From Acidimicrobiia bacterium (lineage in GTDB: Bacteria; Actinomycetota; Acidimicrobiia; Spongiisociales; ZC4RG35), in contig DASTOM010000024.1 in the NCBI GenBank assembly GCA_035762545.1, forward strand, positions 1,007-65,006: DNA of 64,000 nucleotides. The letters are read 5' to 3'. Shown in pieces: positions 58,556-64,000 of this stretch (position 1 is the first letter of the stretch; each line of letters starts with the position of its first letter). A program made the translations under genes and the position numbers. The notes beneath the pieces are model-generated. The model was not told where the DNA came from. It did not search any database and saw only the letters and a list, made by a program, of their open reading frames with translations.

Positions 58556-58584
58556 AAAGTACGCAGGGGGGCACAACCCGTCAA
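58556..58584 (-). promoter_or_regulatory. sigma70-like promoter, TTGACG (58584-58579) - 17 nt - TACTTT (58561-58556)
   Basis: Read directly. Paralogous to 57817-57845. Confidence 0.5.
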
Positions 58585-58596
58585 GCCGTCGCACCC

Positions 58597-58629
58597 CATT
58601 GTTTTCGCGTCTTACGGGCAGATTTCGCG
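58597..58629. promoter_or_regulatory. CATTG + direct repeat TTTTCGCG-N12-ATTTCGCG module (copy B)
   Basis: CATTGTTTTCGCGTCTTACGGGCAGATTTCGCG lies between the sRNA promoter and the divergent MFS gene at 58680. Confidence 0.5.
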
Positions 58630-58679
58630 GTCGTAAATGGCGGCTGCGGAGCTCGGGTCATCGTTAGCGTCGAACGTCC

Positions 58680-59924
58680 ATGTGGTCTGACCGGAACGTT
58701 CGCGCCGTGGTGTTCGCACGCCTCATCTCACGCATCGGTGGTGAGGCGGCCTTCTTCGTCGGCATCTGGGGCAAGGCGGCATTCGAACTAGACGCCAACG
58801 CGAGTGAACTGGCGGTCGTGATGGCGGCGCTCGGTGTGGCCTCGCTCATCGGGGCGTCCGTTGCCGGCGTCCTCGTCGACAGATTCGATCCACGACGGGT
58901 CGTGATGGCGGGAGAAGTCCTCTTCGTCCCTGCGGCCCTGACGTTGATCTGGGCCGATTCCATCCCCTCGCTCGCGGTGGCGACGTTCGCACTTGGCTTG
59001 GTGGGCACGCCGGTCTTCACGGCCATCTCTTCGTTCGCACCGTTCCTGACCGACGACGAGAGCAGGCTCGCCAAGATCAACTCCTGGATAGAGGGGGCGT
59101 CGTGGCTGGCGTTCGTCCTCGGCCCGGCCGCGGGCGCCCTTCTCGCCGGGACGCTCGGGATCGACTCCATCTTCGTCCTCGACGCTCTCACCTCCCTCGT
59201 TGCCGCCGCAGTGCTCATTCCGGTGAAGGTCCGCCGCCTGTCGTCCACTACCCATTCCGGAGGGCTGACCGAGCTGAGAGAGGGATTCGCTATCGCGTAC
59301 GGGAACCCTCGGCTCCGCTTCTACATATGGCTGGGATCGTCGGTGTGGCTGATGTTCGGCGTGTTCGGGGCGCTCGAGCCGCTGTTCTACAGAGACGTCC
59401 TCGGAGTCGAGGTCGAGGCGATCGGTTGGGTGAACTCCGTGTTCGGTCTGGGCCTGGTTGGTGGGACTCTCATATCCGGCAGGCTCCCGGAACGGTTTCG
59501 GACGGCCACCTGGCTCACCATCCTCGTTGGGCTCAACGCCGTGGGTGTGCTGGCCTATGTCGGGACCGACCTGATCTCCGTCGTCGTCGTGGCGGCCCCG
59601 TTCTGGGGGATCATCATCGGGATGATGGCGCCGTTGCATCGCACGATGGTCCAGGTCAACTCACCAGATGAGGCCGTCGGTCGGATCATGGGTGTCAGCC
59701 ACATCCACTCCGAGGTCGGCCATCTCCTCCCTCTGGCGTTCGCACCTGCGATAGCGGCCGTCCTCGGCGTGCAGAAGACCCTCCTCTATGCCGGGTCCAT
59801 CGTGGCCGTCGTAGCGATCGTCTTCATCGGCCCGGCGCGCCGTCTCGACCGCACTCGGACCTTCCATGTGCCGCCCACCGGGTTGCCCGACCCCGAAGAG
59901 GAACCGAAGTCGATCAGTCACTGA
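58680..59924 (+). CDS. MFS transporter
   Basis: 414 aa, 12 hydrophobic segments, VDRFDPRRV loop motif between TM2 and TM3. Confidence 0.85.
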   Translation: MWSDRNVRAVVFARLISRIGGEAAFFVGIWGKAAFELDANASELAVVMAALGVASLIGASVAGVLVDRFDPRRVVMAGEVLFVPAALTLIWADSIPSLAVATFALGLVGTPVFTAISSFAPFLTDDESRLAKINSWIEGASWLAFVLGPAAGALLAGTLGIDSIFVLDALTSLVAAAVLIPVKVRRLSSTTHSGGLTELREGFAIAYGNPRLRFYIWLGSSVWLMFGVFGALEPLFYRDVLGVEVEAIGWVNSVFGLGLVGGTLISGRLPERFRTATWLTILVGLNAVGVLAYVGTDLISVVVVAAPFWGIIIGMMAPLHRTMVQVNSPDEAVGRIMGVSHIHSEVGHLLPLAFAPAIAAVLGVQKTLLYAGSIVAVVAIVFIGPARRLDRTRTFHVPPTGLPDPEEEPKSISH

Positions 59925-59962
59925 CCCGAATCTGTCGGGGGTGGTTCCTATGATCGGGAACC

Positions 59963-60769
59963 GTGACTGTGGAACTGGAAGACACCCGGGTCGAGACTCC
60001 CCTCGAGATAGCGCTCGAGACCCTCTCACCGAGTCGAGCCGGCGACTTCAAGACATGTCCCCAACTGTTCAAGTTTCGTGCCGTCGACCGGATCCCCGAG
60101 CCGACATCGATCTATCAGGCCCGGGGAACCACAGCCCATCTGGCGTTGCAGCGACTCTTCGACGATCCGGTGAGCGATAGGACCCCGGATCGTCTGTACG
60201 ACCTCTTCCGGGAGGCCTGGACCGAAATCAGGGGTGACGAGGAGTTCGAGGGTCTGTTCGCCGACACGGACCAGGAACGAGAGTGGGGAATCGAGAGCAT
60301 GGCTCTCCTCGCCAACTACTTCGACATCGAAGACCCGACGACGTTCGAACCGGAGGACCGCGAGCTCGACATGCTCGAAGACCTCGACGGCATCGTCATC
60401 AGGGGAATTCTCGACCGGATCGATCGGGACAGTGACGGGCGGCTGGTCATCACCGACTACAAGACCGGGAAGGCGCCACCCGAGCGTTACGCGCTGTCGT
60501 CGTTCTTCGCCCTCAAGATCTACGCCCTTCTCATCCGAAACCGTCTCGGTGAGACTCCGAAAGAGGTCAGACTTCTCTATCTGAGCGGGCCCACTCTCTA
60601 CCGGCTGCCCATCGACGACCGCCAACTCGACGCCATGGACGGACAGCTGCGTGCCCTGTGGACGGCTATCGAGAAGGCGATGTCATCCGATCGGTTCCCG
60701 CCCCGGCCCGGCAGCCTGTGCAGCTGGTGCTCCTACCAAGAGATCTGCCCCGCGTTCAATGACGGCTGA
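59963..60769 (+). CDS. PD-(D/E)XK nuclease family protein (RecB/Cas4-like with C-terminal Cys cluster)
   Basis: LSPSRAGDFKTCPQLFKFR, GILDRID...ITDYKTGK core, C-terminal CSWCSYQEICP. Confidence 0.8.
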   Translation: MTVELEDTRVETPLEIALETLSPSRAGDFKTCPQLFKFRAVDRIPEPTSIYQARGTTAHLALQRLFDDPVSDRTPDRLYDLFREAWTEIRGDEEFEGLFADTDQEREWGIESMALLANYFDIEDPTTFEPEDRELDMLEDLDGIVIRGILDRIDRDSDGRLVITDYKTGKAPPERYALSSFFALKIYALLIRNRLGETPKEVRLLYLSGPTLYRLPIDDRQLDAMDGQLRALWTAIEKAMSSDRFPPRPGSLCSWCSYQEICPAFNDG

Positions 60770-60830
60770 GGGCGGGACGACCCCCTCCAACCCCCGCGCC
60801 GAAGCCAGTGATGCGGGTGAAGCCTGTGGC

Positions 60831-62099
60831 TTAGGGGAACACCCCTCGCACCAGCTTGGCGTCGGCGACACGTCTGATGCCCTTGATCAACGCGGCGGTG
60901 CGCATGTCCACGTTCTCGGCGATGGCGATCCCGTGCACATCGTCGAAGGCCCGGGTCATGATCTCCCGGAGCCGGCCCACTGTCTCGTTCTCGGTCCAGA
61001 AGTACTTCTGGACGTCCTGTACCCACTCGAAGTAGCTGACGGTGACACCGCCCGCGTTGGCCAGGATGTCGGGCACGATGAAGATGCCCCTCTCCCGCAT
61101 GATGTCGTCGGCCTCGAGCGTGGTCGGGTTGTTGGCCCCTTCGATCACCAGCTTCGCCTTCACGTCGCCGGCATTGTCCGCACGCAGGACATTCTGAATC
61201 GCCGCCGGGACCAAGACATCGACATCGAGAGCGAAGATCGCATCCCCGTCGATGAAATCGGCATCGGGGTATCCCTCGAGGAACCGGTTCTCATCCACCC
61301 ACTTGCCCACGGCGTCGACATCGAGACCATCGGGGTTGTAGACGGCACCCGAGATGTCGGACACGGCGACGGGCTTGGCCTGCATGTCACGGGCCGCTAC
61401 TGCCGCATAACGGCCGACGTTCCCGAAACCGTGGATCGCCACCTTGGCTCCGACCGGGTTCATCTCGATGGTGTGAGCAGCCTGGGGCAGGAGGAACATC
61501 AACCCCCGGCCGGTGGCTTCGCGTCGGGCGATGCTCCCACCCAATGCAGGTGGCTTACCGGTGACGATCGCGGGCACAGCGTGGCCGACATGTTGGGAGT
61601 AGGTGTCCATCATCCACGCCATGACCTGTTCGTTGGTCCCCAGGTCCGGAGCCGGGATATCGGTGTCGGGACCGATCACGTTGATGATCTCCATCGTGAA
61701 GCGCCGGGTGACACGTTGCAGCTCTGCACGGGAGAGGTTCATCGGGTTGATACGGACTCCACCTTTGGCACCACCGAACGGGACCCCGACGATGGAGCAT
61801 TTCCAGGTCATCCACATGGCGAGGGCGGCGACCTCACCGAGGTCGACGTTGGTGTCGAAGCGAATGCCTCCCTTGGTCGGGCCCATCGTGGTGAGGTGTT
61901 GCACCCGGTACCCGAAGATCGTTTCGACCTCGGTGTAGTTGTCGTGCCGGAACGGGAAGCTGACGACAGTCGACTTCTGCGGCACCCGCAATCTGTCTGC
62001 CACATTGTCGTCCAGCCCCATCAATTCGGCCACGCGGTTGAACTGCCCGACGGCCTCGTTGTACATCTGTGAGTCGAACTCAGGTCGCGACGACTCCAC
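60831..62099 (-). CDS. gdhA: glutamate dehydrogenase (Glu/Leu/Phe/Val dehydrogenase family)
   Basis: 422 aa. PTKGGIRF, VPFGGAKGG, GFGNVG Rossmann motif. Confidence 0.92.
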   Translation of the reverse strand: MESSRPEFDSQMYNEAVGQFNRVAELMGLDDNVADRLRVPQKSTVVSFPFRHDNYTEVETIFGYRVQHLTTMGPTKGGIRFDTNVDLGEVAALAMWMTWKCSIVGVPFGGAKGGVRINPMNLSRAELQRVTRRFTMEIINVIGPDTDIPAPDLGTNEQVMAWMMDTYSQHVGHAVPAIVTGKPPALGGSIARREATGRGLMFLLPQAAHTIEMNPVGAKVAIHGFGNVGRYAAVAARDMQAKPVAVSDISGAVYNPDGLDVDAVGKWVDENRFLEGYPDADFIDGDAIFALDVDVLVPAAIQNVLRADNAGDVKAKLVIEGANNPTTLEADDIMRERGIFIVPDILANAGGVTVSYFEWVQDVQKYFWTENETVGRLREIMTRAFDDVHGIAIAENVDMRTAALIKGIRRVADAKLVRGVFP

Positions 62100-62202
62100 A
62101 AGTCCTCCATCTAGAGATTGCGGTCTCCGATCCTATGTCTCCGGGGTCACAGGATGGTGCCACGAACAGAATCTGTCGGTGCCAGGTCGTACCTTGAAAG
62201 AT

Positions 62203-62325
62203 ATGGATACGAACTTCGAGACAATCGATCGGACCACGATCTTCGACGACCCCGTCGGCTATCTCGCCTGCTTCGGAATCTCCGCCGAAGTGGTCGCTGT
62301 CACCACCCTCCCGGTTGCCGCCTGA
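62203..62325 (+). CDS. possible 40-aa small protein upstream of the helicase
   Basis: MDTNFETIDRTTIFDDPVGYLACFGISAEVVAVTTLPVAA. Third-codon positions are strongly G/C-biased like real genes here. Ends 17 nt before the helicase GTG. The RBS is weak. Confidence 0.35.
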   Translation: MDTNFETIDRTTIFDDPVGYLACFGISAEVVAVTTLPVAA

Positions 62326-62342
62326 GTTCTACGATCGGAAGG

Positions 62343-64000
62343 GTGAGCGAGACGAGGCTGCGCCCCGATGACTGGCCGTCGGCCATCGCGGCATCCGACG
62401 GCCGTCAGATCGTGGTCGCCGGGCCCGGCACCGGAAAGACCGAGTTCCTGGTGCGTCGCGTTGCACACATCCTCGAAGCGGGAAAGGCCCGACCCTCCGA
62501 GGTCATCGTCCTCTCGTTCTCCCGCCGTGCCGCGGCCAAGCTGGCCGACCGCATCTCGTCACTCGTCGGAGGCACGGGCGTTCCTGTCGACGTCACCACG
62601 TTCCACTCCCTCGGGCTCCGACTGATCGAGACCGCCACCGGTGGTGACCGACCGGTCCCTTTGACCACCCCGGAACAGGTTGGTCTGGTCCGTCAGGTGC
62701 TCTCCCAGGAGAACCCGGCCGATTGGCCGGTGACCTACCGGGGCATCCTCGACACTCAGGCCTTTGCCACCGAAGTCGGAGATTTCCTACTCCGCTGTTC
62801 GGAGCGTCTCCTCTCCCCCGACGACCTGGCGACCATGGCTGCCGAGCGGGCCGACTGGCGGGGCCTGCCTGCTTTCTTCGATCGGTACCTGGCCCATCTC
62901 GACGCAGTTGGGCGCACCGACTACGGGGTTCTCCTCGCACATGCCGTCGACCTCCTCCGAAGCGAACGTGGAGAAGAAATCGCAGCCGACTACCGGTACG
63001 TGGTCGTGGACGAGTACCAGGACACGACGCCGGCACAGGCTGCGATGGCGGAGTTGCTGTCACGGTCCCACGGGAATCTCACGGTGGCCGGTGACCCCTA
63101 TCAGTCCATCTTCTCCTTCCGGGGCGCCGAGGTTCGCAACATCGCCGAGTTCACGGCCACGGCCGACACCAGGCGGATTGTTCTGGGAATGAGTTTCCGC
63201 GTGCCCGAGCCCATCATGACAGCCGCTCTGCGGGTCGTGTCCGGCGGAGATCTCCCTGGATCGGCAGGCCCGGTAGAGCCGGCATCCCATCCGGGCAGGA
63301 CCGAGACCTATCTCTTCGACCAGGAGACTGCGGAAGCCGAGTGGATCGCCAGAGAGGTCGAGCACCTCATCCGGGTCGAAGGCATATCACCCGCCGAAAT
63401 CGCCGTCGTGGTCCGCTCCAAGCGCGAGCTGATCGCCGAGTTGTCCCGGTCCCTGGACCGTCGCCGGGTTCCCCACGACCCACCTGATTCGAGGCTCGTG
63501 GATCATCCGGCGGTGCGGCTGTTCCAGGACGTGGTGACAGTCGCCGTCCACGACACCCGACCCACCGCTCCCACCCCCGTCGACTCCGCAACGTCAGACC
63601 ATGCCATGCGCCGGGTACTTCTCGGTCCGCTGGTCGGGGTCAGCGTTGGCCTGGAACGGGAGTTGTTGCGCAAGCGTCGGCAGACGACGGTCCGATGGCA
63701 CGAGCTTCTCGCCGGGATGATGCCCGACCTGACCGGTTTGATCGAACTGCTGTCCGACCCGGCCTGGGCCGACGAGACCGGTGCCGCCGAAGGATTCTGG
63801 GTGGCCTGGAGCACCCTCGACGGCATCGCTGATCTGGTCAACGACCCGGACCGTGACGAGTGGCGCCGCGCCTGGACTGCCTTCGGCCAGATGATCGGGC
63901 GACAGGCGGAACGCGACCCGTCGGCCACGTTGGCCCGATTCTTCGAGATGGTCGACGAGGACGACTTCGAGGCCACACCGCTCATATCACACCGCCTGAC
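62343..64000 (+). CDS. UvrD/Rep-family ATP-dependent helicase (AdnA/AdnB-like), 3' end runs off the window
   Basis: Not in the ORF track (no stop inside the window). GTG 62343: VSETRLRPDDWPSAIAASDGRQIVVAGPGTGKTEFLV (Walker A), VVVDEYQDTTPAQ (motif II), VAGDPYQSIFSFRGA (motif III). Confidence 0.85.
   Translation, partial: MSETRLRPDDWPSAIAASDGRQIVVAGPGTGKTEFLVRRVAHILEAGKARPSEVIVLSFSRRAAAKLADRISSLVGGTGVPVDVTTFHSLGLRLIETATGGDRPVPLTTPEQVGLVRQVLSQENPADWPVTYRGILDTQAFATEVGDFLLRCSERLLSPDDLATMAAERADWRGLPAFFDRYLAHLDAVGRTDYGVLLAHAVDLLRSERGEEIAADYRYVVVDEYQDTTPAQAAMAELLSRSHGNLTVAGDPYQSIFSFRGAEVRNIAEFTATADTRRIVLGMSFRVPEPIMTAALRVVSGGDLPGSAGPVEPASHPGRTETYLFDQETAEAEWIAREVEHLIRVEGISPAEIAVVVRSKRELIAELSRSLDRRRVPHDPPDSRLVDHPAVRLFQDVVTVAVHDTRPTAPTPVDSATSDHAMRRVLLGPLVGVSVGLERELLRKRRQTTVRWHELLAGMMPDLTGLIELLSDPAWADETGAAEGFWVAWSTLDGIADLVNDPDRDEWRRAWTAFGQMIGRQAERDPSATLARFFEMVDEDDFEATPLISHRL

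Overview
High-GC bacterial chromosomal segment. The gene order recG-rsmD-coaD-yceD-rpmF-plsX-rnc-mutM-acyP-smc-ftsY-cdd looks actinobacterial, which is an inference from remembered synteny. It is almost entirely housekeeping and metabolic genes; I saw no transposases, integrases, cas genes, rRNA or tRNA. Recognisable blocks, in order: (1) a CoxD/CoxE/XdhC-type molybdo-enzyme maturation cluster; (2) a large LuxR (LAL) regulator, an LCP protein and ppc; (3) upp plus an alkyltransferase-like protein; (4) an arginine operon of the acetylornithine-carbamoyltransferase type with a bifunctional NAGS/K; (5) tricorn protease, deoA, etfBA and a stand-alone gltB; (6) the smc/ftsY to recG core block; (7) a hydrolase / membrane-anchored MurF-like ligase / ddl operon; (8) an orphan GAF histidine kinase, fabI, tspO and small enzymes; (9) a PH-SHOCT / acyl-CoA ligase operon; (10) an MFS transporter, a PD-(D/E)XK nuclease, gdh and a UvrD-type helicase that runs off the window. 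The most unusual signal is non-coding. A ~680-bp ORF-free gap (57240-57921) carries a ~420-nt minus-strand RNA candidate rich in GNRA and UUCG hairpins, with its own sigma70-like promoter and terminator. A shorter paralogous copy (~150 nt) lies 700 bp away with the same promoter architecture, and its terminal hairpin differs by compensatory base-pair changes. Both sit next to a duplicated TTTCGCG direct-repeat module. A separate strand-specific hairpin family (12-bp stem, 25-nt loop) occurs three times. I could not assign any of these to an RNA family I know. All product calls come from motif and sequence recognition by eye; no database search was possible. The many long antisense or shadow ORFs in the track are high-GC artefacts and are not reported as genes.
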